This document shows positions 39,886 to 52,403 of a stretch of 64,000 nt of DNA, piece after piece. This DNA comes from a virus. Lineage: Duplodnaviria > Heunggongvirae > Uroviricota > Caudoviricetes. Both the position numbers and the translations under genes were made by a program. The notes beneath the pieces were generated by a model that saw only the letters and a program-made list of their open reading frames with translations, was not told the origin of the DNA and searched no databases. Where the stretch lies: IMG/VR virus record IMGVR_UViG_3300024268_000040; one strand, given 5' to 3'. How positions within the stretch are numbered: the stretch's first letter is position 1; each line of letters starts with the position of its first letter.

Positions 39886-42800
39886 ATGGGAACATATTTC
39901 AATATTCACAACCATACAATGTATTCGAATATCCGCTTACTCGATTGTATCAATAGACCTAAGGACCTCATTGACAAAGCAATTGAATTGGGTCTTTCCG
40001 GCATTGCGATTACAGACCACGAATGTCTATCCGGACATATGGAAGTCAATCAGTATGCTTAGAAGATAAAGGAGAAGTATCCCGATTTTGTAATTGTTTT
40101 AGGCAATGAGGTTTATTTAGTAGATAAACGAGAGAGTGGTATCAAATATTATCACTTTATTCTAACTGCCAAGGATGAAATCGGACACAAGGCTCTGCGT
40201 GAATTGAGCTCAACTGCTTGGTATCATTCCTATGTCGATCGAGGTATGGAGCGCGTGCCCATTACCAAAGACGAATTGGCAACCATTATGGCGAAGTATA
40301 AGGGGCATGTAATTGCTTCAACCGCCTGTATGGGTGGCGAGTTATCCACCGCCGCATACAACATGGCCTGCGCTGAAAATGTCAATGATAAGATTTCCGC
40401 AGGAGTGTTTTATAATCAAATTTGCGATTTCATCAAGTATTGTCTTGATGTGTTCGGTAATGATTTCTATATTGAATGTGCGCCTTCAACCGCTGAGGAT
40501 CAATGTATCACCAACCGCAAGTTATATCGTATTGCAAAAGCATATGATATTCCTTTGATTGTTGGTACTGACTCTCACTATCTCACCAAGGAAGATAGAT
40601 ACGTCCATAAGTCTTATCTAAATTCTAAGGGCGGCGAGCGTGAGGTTGATAGTTTCTATGAGTTTGCTCATTTGATGTCATATGATGAAGTTTATAAACT
40701 ATTGCATCATTGCTTTGGAAATGATTATATTGTCACTGAAATCTTAGAAAACTCTCGTAAATTGGGTGAACAATATACTTCATACTCTTTAGAGCGTAAA
40801 CAGATGATTCCTAAGATTCCTCTGCCAACTCATTCTGAACGAGAAATTCAAGAGTACATTCCATATGAAATCGATTGGAACCTAAATAAGTTCTATCCAT
40901 GTTTAGCGCATTTGTTAGTTGATGGTAACGTCCAAGAGAGATATTGGCTATATGAGTGCGCGAAGAGCCTAAATGAAAAAGGCTTACAAGATAAAGTTGA
41001 ATATTGGCAGAGATTAGAAACCGAAGCTGATGTTATTTTAGATATTGGAGAGAAATTAGATGACTGTCTATTCGCCTATTTCAACACCTTCAAGCATTAC
41101 ATCGACCTATTCTGGGAGTGTGGCTCAATTGTTGGCCCAGGTCGAGGCTCGGCCACAGGATTTTTGTCTAACTACCTCTTGGGCATCACGCAGCTCGACC
41201 CCATCAGATGGAATCTACCTTACTGGCGTTTCCTTAATAAGGAGAGAGCCGAGTTGCCCGATATTGACATTGACCTCGCTCCATCAAAACGACCCGCAAT
41301 TTTTGAAGCAATTCGTAAAGAGCGTGGAGAGTTGGGACTTATCCAGGTCGCAACCTTCGGAACAGAAGGAACGAAATCAGCTGTACTCACGGCTTGCCGC
41401 GGTTATCGAAGCGAGGATTTCCCAGATGGAATCGATGTCGATCAAGCCCAGTACATGTCTTCTCTAATCCCCCAAGAGCGTGGATTCTTATGGCCGATTA
41501 GTGATGTTATCAACGGCAATGAGGAGAAAGATAGAAAACCCGTTGCTCCATTCATTCGAGAAGTAAATAACTATCCTGGTCTATTGGCTATTATTCAGTC
41601 AATTGAAGGACTAGTAAATAAGCGTTCTTCTCACGCTTCGGGTGTTATCTTATATGGTAGTGACCCGTTTGAAACTGCGGCATTTATGAGAACTCCAAGT
41701 GGAGATTTGATTACCTGCTATGACCTGCATAAAGCAGAGGCCGCAGGTGATACCAAGTATGACTTCTTGGTAACTGAAATTTCAGATAAGATTATCAAAT
41801 GTTTTGAATTACTTACCGCAGATAAAGTAATTGAAGATATTGGTTTGCGTAATCTATATAATAAGTATATTCATCCAGAAGTGATTGATACAACTGATCC
41901 CCGCATTTGGGAGCATCTTGCGGCCGGTGATGTTCTGGATGTGTTCCAGTTCAGCACTGGCGTTGGATTAGCTATTGCAAAAAAGTTGAAACCAAAGAAT
42001 CCTATGGAGATGACTGCGGCGAACGCAATGATGAGACTTATGTCTGAAAAAGGCAAGGAATCTCAGCAAGATAGATATGTTCGTATCCAAAAGCGAGGAT
42101 TGGAAGAATTTGATCGAGAAATGCACGAAGCTGGTCTGGATCAAAATATGATTGCGCTAATGCATAAGCATTGTGACCAATACTGGGGTTGTTGTGCTAT
42201 CCAGGAGCAGATGATGGAATTACTTATGGATGTTGCAAATTTCACATTAGGTGAAGCCAATAATGCGAGAAAGATTGTTGGTAAGAAGCAAATGAGTAAG
42301 ATTCCGGAATTGCGCGAACAGGTCTATAGTAAATTTGACCGGGTTCAGTCGGCAAATTATTTCTGGGAAAATGCAATTGCACCCCAGTTAGGATATGCAT
42401 TTAGTCTGAACCACTCTCTGCCTTATTCTTTTGTTGGTATTCAATCAATTTACTTTGTTATGAATTTCAATCCAATTTATTGGAATACTGCTTGTTTGAT
42501 TGTAAACAGTGGTGCAACTGATGAAGAAGCAGGAGGTTCAACTGATTATGGAAAAATTGCCAAAGCAATCGGTGATATCACTGGTGCAGGAATTAAAGTT
42601 AGCTTGGCAAACATTAATAAATCAGATTTTGGATTTGCTCCAGATGTAGAAAATAATCGAATTCTTTTTGGATTGAAAGGTATGTTGAATGTGGGCGATG
42701 ATTTGATTGCCAGCATTATTGAAAACAGACCTTATAGCTCTCCAAAAGATTTCTTGAATAGAGTTAGACCCAGTAAGCAAGCTATGATTGCCCTTATCAA

Positions 42801-43779
42801 GGGTGGCGCATTTGACGATATGGAAGAGCGTCAATTTGTAATGGCTTGGTATATCTGGGAGACTTGTGATAAGAAGAGTCGTATCACCTTACAAAATATG
42901 GGTGGACTTATCAAGCACGGATTATTGCCTGAAAAAACTGAAGAGCAAATTCTCGCTCGTCGAGTATATGAGTTCAATAGATATTTGAAGGCAATTACTA
43001 AGGCTGATAAGTATGCTTATAAGGATATGTATAGTCTTGATACGAGAGCAATCGCTTTCTTGCAGGAGATTGATTGCGAAAATCTTATGACAACAGATAA
43101 TGTGTCTTGGTATATAAAAACTAAGGCTTGGGATAATGTATACCAGAAGCATATGGATGTATTCAGAAAGTGGATCGCCGCAGAAAAAGATACAATCTTA
43201 AATGCGCTGAATACAGAAATCTTCATGGAAGATTGGAATAAATATGCGAAGGGTACTATCTCTGCGTGGGAGATGGAAGTCTTGTGCTTCTATTATCATG
43301 ACCACGAATTGCAAAATGTCAATAATGATAAATATGGCTTTGTTGATTTCAACCTATTGCCAGAAGATCCGATCATTGAAAAGACATTCCATAAGGGAGG
43401 CAAAGACATTCATATCTTTCATTTGAATCGTATTTGCGGAACTTGTATTGCAAAGAATAAGACTAAGAGTACAGTTACCATTTTGACAACAACAGGTGTT
43501 GTAAATGTCAAATTCAGAAAAGAATATTTTGCGATGTTCGATAAGCAGATCTCCGAGCGTGGCGCAGATGGCGTCAAGCACGTCGTTGAGAAGAGTTGGT
43601 TCAACCGCGGTAATATGATCGTCGTAACGGGAATCCGCAGCGGTGATGATTTTGTTTCTAAGAAGTATGCTTCTACTGGCGGACATCAGCTATATCGTAT
43701 CAATGAGATCTTGGATAATGGTGACTTAGTATTACAAGATAGTCGTTATCAAGGAGGCACTGCAGAAGATGTTGACTAA
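39886..43779 (+). CDS. DNA polymerase III alpha subunit (PHP-domain family C polymerase), ~1297 codons with a single TAG at 40060.
   Basis: The N-terminal PHP motif (FNIHNHTMYSN...ITDHE) lies upstream of listed ORF 40204 in the same frame. Polymerase core motifs follow. Confidence 0.8.
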
Positions 43780-43990
43780 GAGATATGTAAAAAAAGCATA
43801 TGTATTAGAAGCGTTCTGCGATAAGTGTGGTAGTAAAATGGTGAGCACGGGGATGGTATATTCTACCTACCCCGAGCAATACCCATTCCGTTGCAGTAAC
43901 CCCGACTGCGATGGTCGTGCTACCTTCTGGGCGCATGAAGTCCCCGGAAAAATTCAATATGAGTTTGAGGAGGACAATGAAAATGTATAA
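43769..43990 (+). CDS. Small zinc-ribbon protein.
   Basis: CDKCG...CSNPDC in a 73-aa ORF. Confidence 0.35.
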   Translation: MLTKRYVKKAYVLEAFCDKCGSKMVSTGMVYSTYPEQYPFRCSNPDCDGRATFWAHEVPGKIQYEFEEDNENV

Positions 43991-44570
43991 AATAGTTCTT
44001 TTTATGGGTAAAGGCGGCGCTGGTAAAGACTCATTGATGAAATAGGTATTAAAATTACTCGCTGAAAAGAAAATTATTTCTGAGGTCCACGAGATCGTAA
44101 GCTGTACCAGTAGACCAATGCGAGAGGGCGAAGCTCACGGCATCAATTACTATTACTATCATCCCGATGATTTTGCAATGAAAATTATGAATGATGAAAT
44201 GTTGGAATTTACTAATTTCAACAATTGGTGGTATGGTACTAGTTATGAGTCTGTACGCAGCGATGGCATTATCAATATCGGTGTTTTCAATCCTGCGGGT
44301 GTGCGGCAGTTGCTTGACCGGCCGGATTGTGAAGTCACTGTTTATTGGGTAACTGTTTCTGATAAACAGCGCTTATATCGTCAGCTTAGTCGAGAGGAAA
44401 ATCCCGACGTTAAAGAGATTGTTCGTCGCTTCAATGCTGATGAAGAAGATTTTGCTGATATTGATTTTGACTACACCGAAGTTGTCAACGAGACTTTTGA
44501 CGATTTCTATGCGAACGCCGAGCAGATTGCAGGCCAGATCGAGGACATGCTCGCGCAAGGACGACATTGA
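43983..44570 (+). CDS. Guanylate/nucleoside-monophosphate kinase-like protein with TAG at codon 21.
   Basis: P-loop GKGGAGKDS lies upstream of listed ORF 44118 in frame. STTR-like CTSRPMREGE. YYY..P..F motif. Confidence 0.65.
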
Positions 44571-44657
44571 TTAATAGATCAAGATAAAACGCTATATTTT
44601 GTAGAGAGTTTTTACGCTCTCCACAAGATATAGTATTTTATAATGGAGGTAATTAGT

Positions 44658-46862
44658 ATGCATGTAATTAAAAGAGATGGTACAAGAGTTCTATTCAATC
44701 CCGATAAGATTGTAAATGCCATCAATAAGGCTATGATTAGCGCATACGGCTCCGTGTATGAATCCGATACTGCTGAAGAAATCGCAGATCTAATTGGTAG
44801 TCGCGGTGTCGATATGTCCGTCGAACAAATTCAAGACTTGGTTGAAGGATATTTGATGAAGAGTGAATATCCAGAAGTTGCCAAGGCTTACATTTTATAT
44901 CGTGACGAGCGCAGTAAGGCTCGTATGCGTCAAAGTAAATTATTAAAGGCAGTTATGCGTAGAACTGAAGCTACTGCTGTTGAAAATTCCAATGCGAATG
45001 TTGATGAGAAGAGCTTCTCCGGTCGTGAGAAGGAAGCTTCCGCAGACATTTAGAAGATAATTGCGTTGGATTATACTCTATCCCCCGAAGTAGCGCAAGC
45101 TCATAAGGATATGTTGTTATATCAACACGATAATGAGAAAACAAATATTGGCGAACATAACTGCTTGTTCGTTGATTTCAAAAAGATTTTTACTGATGGT
45201 TTCGTAACTCGCAACGGCGATGTGCGTCCACCATCAAAATATGATACTGCTTGTCAGCAATATGCAGTTATTTTCCAATGCCAGTCCCAGGTTCAATTTG
45301 GTGGCGTTGGTACAGTCCATGCTGACTATGACTTGGCTCCATATGTTGCCAAGAGCTTCTACAAGCATATGCGTAACTACTTCACTGATGTTGAAGGCTT
45401 GTCTAAGGAAGATGCTGAAATTGTATTAAAGGCTAAGTATGAGCCTTGCGTAATTGACAATGAAGCAATTAAGGATACTCCTGCTTATAAGTTTGCTATG
45501 CGTCAGCTAGAGCGTGAAGGTATCCAGGCAAGTGAAGCTTTGTATCATAACTTAAATACTCTGGAGTCTCGTGCGGGTAGCCAGGTTCCTTTCACTTCTA
45601 TCAACTTCGGTCGTGACACTTCTACCGAGGGTCGTTTTGTAAGTGAGAAGATGTTAAGAGCTTCTTTATCTGGCGTTGGTAAGCACCATTTAACTCCTAT
45701 CTTCCCAATTAGTATTTTCCAGTATAAACAAGGATGTAATGCTAATCCAGAAGATCCAAACTACGATTTGAAGCAATTAGCTATCGAATCTTTGAGTAAG
45801 AGAATTTATCCTAACTTCGTCAACTGCGATTTTTCACAGGCGCACGAAGATCCTAATGATCCCGACACATACTTCGCCACAATGGGCTGCCGCACAATGT
45901 TAGGTTATGACCGTCATACTGATTCCTACAACCGCGTTGGTCGTGGTAACCTGTGCCCCAATACTATGATTTTACCAAAGTTAGGTATCGAATATGGTAT
46001 CTGTTTAGGTAAGCGTGAGACCCCGGATTTAGATGGCTTCTGGTCTGCATTCGAGGATTTATTGATGTTATGCGAACAGGGTCTTTTGGAGCGTTTTGAT
46101 ATTATGGTAAATCAGCCTCCTGAGGCTGGTCCTTTCATGTATCAAAATGGTACTATGAAAGACGCCCAGAAATGCCGAGTATCTAACTACGAAGCATTGA
46201 AGCACGGAACTTTGGCTATGGGTTACATTGGTATTGCCGAAATGTGTCAAGCATTGTTTGGTAAGAATCATGCCGAAGATCCAAAAGTACACGAGTTCGC
46301 TTTGAAGGTTGTAAAGCGTATCAATGAATATGCTAAGGAAGCTTCTGAGCGTCATGATTTGAACTTCTCTTGCTACGCTACCCCCGCGGAAGGTCTATGC
46401 CACACCGCTGCAAAGGCTCTGCGTAAGCAATATGGAGTTATTCCTAATGTTACCGACCATGAGTTCTTAACCAATAGCCACCATGTACCCGTATGGCATG
46501 AGATTAGTATCTTCGATAAGCTTGCGGTTGAGGCTCCATTCTGTAAGTATCCTACTGGTGGATGTATTACTTATGTCGAGCTTGATAGCACTTTCGTAAA
46601 GAATACCAAGGCTATCGAACAGATTATTGATTATGCTTTCAAGGAGTTAGATATTCCTTATTTAGCATTCAATTTCCCCATTGACTCCTGCTTAGATTGC
46701 GGCTTCTAGGGTGAGTTCAATGATGCTTGTCCCGAGTGTGGCAGCCACAATATTCAGCAGTTGCGTCGTGTAACTGGTTATTTGACTACTGACTATCGCC
46801 ATTTCAACAAGGGAAAACAGTCAGAGGTCGAACATAGAGTCAAACATTCACAATTTTCCTAA
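44658..46862 (+). CDS. nrdD: Anaerobic (class III) ribonucleotide reductase NrdD with ATP-cone; TAGs at 45051 and 46707.
   Basis: VIKRDGTRVLFNPDKI ATP-cone. Listed ORFs 44643 and 45066 share a frame. After TAG 46707, CPECG...RRVTGYL is the glycyl-radical motif. Stop TAA 46860. Confidence 0.9.
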
Positions 46863-46911
46863 TTGTAGCTAACTACGAATTAGCTACGCTATTAGAAAGG
46901 AGTAAGTTCGT

Positions 46912-47394
46912 ATGAATTACAGTGGTCTCATTTTGAATGATATTACTGCGGCCCCCGGTCTTTGTGTGAGCTTTTTCGTACAGGGATGTCCCCACAGATG
47001 TAAGGGTTGTCACAACCCAGAGACTTGGGAGTTTGGTCGAGGCAAAGAATTTACTTCTGACACCCTAAATCAAATTATTACCGGCCTCACCGCCCAAGGT
47101 ATCCAGCGTGATCTGTGTATCATGGGCGGCGAGCCTCTTTGTGACGAAAACGCCTTTCTTACCTATTTAGTCATCAAAGAGGTCAAAGATAAGGTGCCAG
47201 GAGTCAAGGTGTATATATGGAGCGGATATACCTATGAAGAATTACAACATCGCAACCATCCGCAAGTGCGCGGAGCGTTAGAATTAGCTGATGTTTTAAT
47301 TGATGGTCCATATATTGAAGAAGAGCGAGATATTACACTGAATATGAGAGGCTCACGAAATCAGCGTATTATTGACTTATCCGAAAAAAAATGA
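46912..47394 (+). CDS. nrdG: Anaerobic RNR activating enzyme (radical SAM).
   Basis: GCPHRCKGCHNPETW CxxxCxxC cluster. Confidence 0.9.
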   Translation: MNYSGLILNDITAAPGLCVSFFVQGCPHRCKGCHNPETWEFGRGKEFTSDTLNQIITGLTAQGIQRDLCIMGGEPLCDENAFLTYLVIKEVKDKVPGVKVYIWSGYTYEELQHRNHPQVRGALELADVLIDGPYIEEERDITLNMRGSRNQRIIDLSEKK

Positions 47395-47433
47395 TATAAT
47401 ATTTATATAAATGAGATAAAGGAGGGTTATAAT

Positions 47434-47928
47434 TTGGGTAAACAAAAAATCAAAAAGATGGATTTGTCTCAAGTGAATTTTATTCCCATTGAAGGTGAAA
47501 TTATGCAAAATGCTACTGATGGCAAATATTACATCTGGCATAATGATAATTGGCATGAATTCAAAATGGAAAGTTCTGGTGTAGAAATGGGACTTTACGA
47601 TATGAATAAGCAAATTATTGCACAGCTACCCGATTTGACCGACTGGGATCGAGTGTCTGAAACTTTGACAAAGTTTGACACTGATTGGCATAATGATTAT
47701 TATATGCTTTACGGTAAGGAGATTTCTTATTTCACTGTATTTAAGATTAAAGAGCATATCGCATTTGCTCGTGAAGTAGTTGATGTAATTCAAAATATTG
47801 GTATAGTGAAAGCGATCGATTTAACTGAAGCTACTGATGCTATTGAAGTTTGGGTTATATATGAGAATGAACCCACTTGCTTATACCTATTCCCCTATGA
47901 CATGGGAATTGTACAGGTTGGTGAGTGA
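47434..47928 (+). CDS. Hypothetical protein (TTG start, or ATG at 47459).
   Basis: SD aaggaggg 7 nt upstream. TGnTATAAT promoter at ~47386. Confidence 0.35.
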   Translation: MGKQKIKKMDLSQVNFIPIEGEIMQNATDGKYYIWHNDNWHEFKMESSGVEMGLYDMNKQIIAQLPDLTDWDRVSETLTKFDTDWHNDYYMLYGKEISYFTVFKIKEHIAFAREVVDVIQNIGIVKAIDLTEATDAIEVWVIYENEPTCLYLFPYDMGIVQVGE

Positions 47929-47930
47929 TT

Positions 47931-48389
47931 GTGGCTGAAACAAAAACAATTACAACTTACGATGGTGTTAAGTATTAGAAAGTAACTCTTGAAGAAATTG
48001 GCAATACTGGACACTATAAAGAAATTAATCGTTCTACTAGTTCAATTTTAGGTCTCTTAGATGATATAAAAGAATTAGAATAGGCAAAGATTAATATTAA
48101 TAATTTTAAAGTTCGAAATGGTACCATATACATTTTAACTGATTCTATTATGACCGGTTTAAATGCAAAATATTATTATATATTTACTTCTATTGCAATA
48201 CATTATCCGAAAGACTATAATACTCTCGCAGATGGTGTTATTAAAGCATTAGAAGAATTAGGATATGTTCGTGAAATTATATATAATAACGAAGAAATTA
48301 TATTTACATTAATTTCTAAACAAGATGAAAAAGAGTTGGTACTTTATTTACGTCCCATTGCAAATGATGTAAAAGTTGTTGGAGGATAA
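47931..48389 (+). CDS. Hypothetical protein with TAGs at codons 16 and 48; GTG start.
   Basis: In frame with listed ORF 48150..48389. Start assignment uncertain. Confidence 0.3.
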
Positions 48390-48660
48390 GATGAAAAAAA
48401 TATATTGTGATTTACATATTTTTGACTTAAGTCAAAAAATTTATGTATATGATACTGAAACTGGTAGTTTAGAATGTGTTGCTATTGCTACTATTGAAGA
48501 GTTACCAGAAGTAATCAATGCGGTATGTGCGGAAACCGGTATTCCGAATGTACATCTAGGCGGCAATCTATCTTACGCTCACATGGTGTCAGAAGACATT
48601 TTGGCGTATTCTAAAATGAATTATAGTCATAAAAATAATATTGTGATTGAGGTAAAATAA
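48376..48660 (+). CDS. Hypothetical protein.
   Basis: 94-aa ORF. Confidence 0.3.
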   Translation: MLEDKMKKIYCDLHIFDLSQKIYVYDTETGSLECVAIATIEELPEVINAVCAETGIPNVHLGGNLSYAHMVSEDILAYSKMNYSHKNNIVIEVK

Positions 48661-48661
48661 T

Positions 48662-48904
48662 ATGAGATATTTATTGAAAGCTGTTGATACTTACAGAGTA
48701 CCCGATGAGGCAGCTGTAGAAGTCCTGCATGAAGAGCTTCTAAACGATCCCGCATTTGATCTTGTTGGCTTCAGTTATAAAGTGAAGTAGATCAAAGCTA
48801 AGGGTGAAGTTATTGAGGAATATATGGTCGTGCAAGCCACCAAGGTTTTTACGGCAGAGAAAGACCCTGAAGATGTCTTCACTGTGAGTTACGAGAGGGG
48901 CTAA
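48662..48904 (+). CDS. Hypothetical protein with one TAG.
   Basis: 81 codons to TAA, read in frame. Confidence 0.3.
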
Positions 48905-48908
48905 GAAT

Positions 48909-49448
48909 ATGGCAAAGTTCGAGAAAGTATCCCGTTATGCAGACAAAGAAATCGTAATGCCCGTGCGCAAGACCAGTCAATCCGCAGGATATGACATGGT
49001 CGCCGCAGAGGATTATATTATTCCTTCCGTATTTCAACTTGCTGGAGAAGCTGAGGAAGTATGGACTGTCGGGGAAGAAGAGTATGTTACTCTCGATCAA
49101 ATGGCTGAGTTTACTAAGTTGACTAAGTATAGACCCACTTTAGTTTCTACTGGAATGAAGTGTAAGCTCGATCCTGGCACCTTCTTGCAGTTGAGTGTAC
49201 GCAGTTCTTCTCCTTTGAAATACTGGCTTATGCTTGCTAATGGAGTTGGCATTATTGATGCTGACTATTATAACAATCCCGATAATGAGGGTGAAATTTT
49301 CTTACAGATTTATAATCTATCTCCCTTCAATATTCAAATCCATGAAGGCGAAGCAATTGGACAGGGTATTATCTTACCCTATGGCGTAACTGAAGACGAT
49401 GTGTCTTCTGGTGAACGCGTCGGCGGCTTCGGATCTACCAATGGCTAA
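48909..49448 (+). CDS. dut: dUTPase.
   Basis: SAGYDM, GIIDADYYN and C-terminal GGFGSTNG motifs. Confidence 0.85.
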   Translation: MAKFEKVSRYADKEIVMPVRKTSQSAGYDMVAAEDYIIPSVFQLAGEAEEVWTVGEEEYVTLDQMAEFTKLTKYRPTLVSTGMKCKLDPGTFLQLSVRSSSPLKYWLMLANGVGIIDADYYNNPDNEGEIFLQIYNLSPFNIQIHEGEAIGQGIILPYGVTEDDVSSGERVGGFGSTNG

Positions 49449-49935
49449 AATTTTAGCATTAGATCAATCTTCCCGCACTACTGGATATACCGTTCTTGAT
49501 GACGGAAAAATTGTAAAGGTTAGTCATTTTGAATGTATCGGTGACGACCTTGGTGATAGATTATTACAGCTAAGAAAAAAAGTGCTTGAATTAATTGATA
49601 CATATGACATTGATGAAGTTGTATTTGAAGATATTCAATTGCAAGATGTAAATGGCAGTAAAGAAAAAGGTGTTAAAACATTTAAAATTTTAGCAGAAGC
49701 TTTCGGAGTAGTTCACGAGACATTAACAGAAATTAAAATGCCATATAGTATCGCTATGCCAATTCAATGGAAGGCTCATTTCAAGATTGCTGGAAAAGGC
49801 CGTCCGCAAGAAAAGAAAATGGCACAAGCATATGTTTTAAAAGAATACGGAATTAAATGCACCGAAGACGAGGCTGACTCACTTTGTATTGCGTTGTATT
49901 ACTATGACATAAGTAATGTCTTCGATTGGTCCTAA
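49441..49935 (+). CDS. RuvC-like Holliday junction resolvase.
   Basis: MAKILALDQSSRTTGYTVLDDGKI. ATG overlaps the dut stop (AATGGCTAA). Confidence 0.75.
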   Translation: MAKILALDQSSRTTGYTVLDDGKIVKVSHFECIGDDLGDRLLQLRKKVLELIDTYDIDEVVFEDIQLQDVNGSKEKGVKTFKILAEAFGVVHETLTEIKMPYSIAMPIQWKAHFKIAGKGRPQEKKMAQAYVLKEYGIKCTEDEADSLCIALYYYDISNVFDWS

Positions 49936-49941
49936 TGAGAT

Positions 49942-50001
49942 AATCCCCCTATCTGCTTCTTTAGTATCGTTAGAGAAGTAGAAAGGGGGATAAAGTTTTT
50001 T
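49942..50001 (+). terminator. Long imperfect hairpin terminator whose 3' arm contains the SD of the next gene.
   Basis: atccccctatctgcttct ... agaagtagaaagggggat, then aaagtttttt. Confidence 0.45.
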
Positions 50002-50442
50002 ATGGAAGCTTTATTAGCAGAATGGGGTTTAGAGATCTTATTTGCTTTGATTAGTGCAGCCGTTATGGGCTGGGCCAAGTGGCATGGTGATAAACTGAAA
50101 AAAGAATTACAAAGTGCCAAAGATTTGGCTGCTGAAAAAGAAAAGAAAGAGATTGAAAACTCTATTGAAATCAAATTAGAACCAATTTATGAAGAGCTGG
50201 AAGAAATCAGAAAGCATATTCGAGATGCAAAGAATATTGAGCAATCTCATATGAATCTAATTATTGCCTCTTATCGTTTCCGTTTAGTTCAGTTATGTAA
50301 AGGATTCTTGGCTCAAGGATATATTACAATGGAGCAAAGAACTCAATTAGATGAATTCTATAAATTATATACCGGATTAGGTGGCAACGGATAGGCAAAG
50401 ATTTATTATGAACAATGTATTCAATTACCTCCCAGACCCTAA
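50002..50442 (+). CDS. Membrane-anchored coiled-coil protein (TAG at 50392).
   Basis: N-terminal TM MEALLAEWGLEILFALISAAVMGW. 16-codon extension after the TAG to TAA 50440. Confidence 0.4.
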
Positions 50443-50452
50443 AATAGCAAAA

Positions 50453-50500
50453 AGGGCGAGACATTGAAATTAATCAATGTCTCGCCCTTATTTTTTTTTA
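50453..50500. terminator. Bidirectional terminator.
   Basis: agggcgagacattga / tcaatgtctcgccct hairpin plus T-run. Confidence 0.55.
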
Positions 50501-50503
50501 TAA

Positions 50504-52240
50504 TTAAATTTTATAATAAATAGTACCGACAGGTAAAGAAGTTGATGTTGGAGCACTAGTACCATAATTTGTTGTAACAACATAGTTAAAATAACCGTAT
50601 GTAGCGAACATCTTCCAAAATAAATAGTCAGAAGCTCCAATTTGATCATAATTACTTTTAGGTGGTCGAATAACAGAACTATCATTACCAGGGGTAATAA
50701 TAGTTCCACTCATTGTACCACCACTCAGCGGAAGATATGAATGAGAATGAGAAGCTAATGCAAAAGCAGAAGCATGGTTTCCATCCAAGGTATCAGCATT
50801 ACCTGCGCCTGAAGCATAATCAACATTACAATACAAATGAGACTTAGATCCGCTATGGAATACAGAAGTGCTCGTTGTAGGTGCCACTGTCTATCCATTA
50901 TAATCTGTTGATGACGTTCTCAACGATATAGATGCATCTGCCCAGTCACAAATAAATCTATAAGATCCTCCACCCCGTACATAAAAAACAGCTAAACTTG
51001 CATTACTTAATTGTCCCGCAAAATAAGCAGGTTTCACATTAGCAAAGCTATAATCATCTTGACGAAGTAAATATCTAAATGGACTAACTGTTCCCCATCC
51101 TGCCTAAATAATTTCTACATCAATATTAGAAGTAAATCCTCTATTGTGCGTACTCCAAGAAGGTCTTGTACTACTATTTAATTGTACTGCCAATTTAATT
51201 CTATTTAAACCATTTGCTGGTAAAGAAATTACTACTGGATAATAAGTATTTACATCCAAACTAGCTGCACTAATCCACATGTCTGTCTACCGAGCCAAAG
51301 AACTTGAAGATGGAAAATTACCGGTGGTTAAAACAGTAGATCCCTACCAAGTAAGGCTAGAAGAGCCGATAGCCAAACCATCACTATTAGAAGAACTTAA
51401 TCCCTTTCCCGCAGTAATGACGACATATTCATCTCCACTATTATCAGTATTTGCGTTAATATATAAAGTACCATAACAAGCTAATCTTCCGTAAGATAAA
51501 GACATTGGAGTGCTTGCGGAAACAGATACTGACCCCGCTGGAAAATTAATCGCTGCAGCTCCAGTTAATGTACCTCCGCTTAATGGTAAATAGCTATGTG
51601 TATGTGATGCAGGGGCGCACCAAGACGCATAATTAGAGCTAGTTAATATAGTCTATTGTTCATAATTACCATACTAGATACCAACATAATAAGGAGTATT
51701 ATAATGAGCTACATAAAAGCCTCCATACGGAGTGGAATCATATCCGCTAATAAAATATCCCATATACATACTACCATTATTATAAGCTGAAGAATAATAT
51801 GTTAAGAACTCATCTTTTGGGGTTGAATTTTTATAAGTATCAAATGCGGCTTTTAAGGCTAAGCTATGGCTATCACCACTAATATTGTATTTATTAAGCA
51901 ATCTGCTTGCAGTATCAGCATTACCACTTAAATTTCCATGAAATGTAGTTGCATATATACTAGACCACTTATGCGTTGAATCACCTAATGTAACGGTGTT
52001 ATTTTTTGTAGGAATTAACGATGTAGTAGAAAGTTCAATGCCATCAGAATAGCCTAAAGTTCCATTGTTTGGTCTAAAATAAATTTTATTACTGGAATAA
52101 ATACCAAAATTTTTTGAACCACAACCAATTCGTACATCAGTTCCAAAAGCAATAGAAGGTGTGGTGTAAGCATCTGTGCCACTTTTTAAAGTAAGTAAAT
52201 CCTAAATATTTACACTACCATTAACTTTCAAAGTTCCCAT
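50504..52240 (-). CDS. Tail fiber paralog 4 (~578 codons, TAG-rich).
   Basis: Start MGTLKVNGSVNI-Q-... behind leader copy 4. Listed ORFs 51674..51901 and 50504..50887 share its frame. LPLSGGT motif. C-terminus ...GTIYYKI, identical in style to paralog 2. Stop TAA 50504. Confidence 0.65.
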
Positions 52241-52345
52241 ATATTAAAATCTCCTTTCTCTCAAAATAAAAAGAGTTATATTTCTATATAATATTAAATT
52301 TTTTATTATTATTCTTTCTTATTTTAGGCCAAAATATAATAATAA
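52241..52345 (-). promoter_or_regulatory. Conserved late leader, copy 4.
   Basis: The reverse complement reads ttttggcctaaaat...atagaaatataactctttttattttgagagaaaggagatttta. Confidence 0.5.
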
Positions 52346-52403
52346 TTTATTTAGATTTTTTATATCTATATAGATAAAATGAGAAAAAGGAGGAAAGATA
52401 TCT

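Noticed and set aside
39869-40069. 66-aa ORF and other short overlapping ORFs (40313..40558, 41060..41467, 43354..43686 and similar)
   Set aside because: They are alternative-frame or antisense ORFs inside the Pol III alpha gene. The PHP N-terminus is in the main frame via TAG read-through.
49932-50174. 80-aa minus-strand ORF
   Set aside because: It overlaps the terminator and a well-supported + strand gene with SD, and has no SD of its own.
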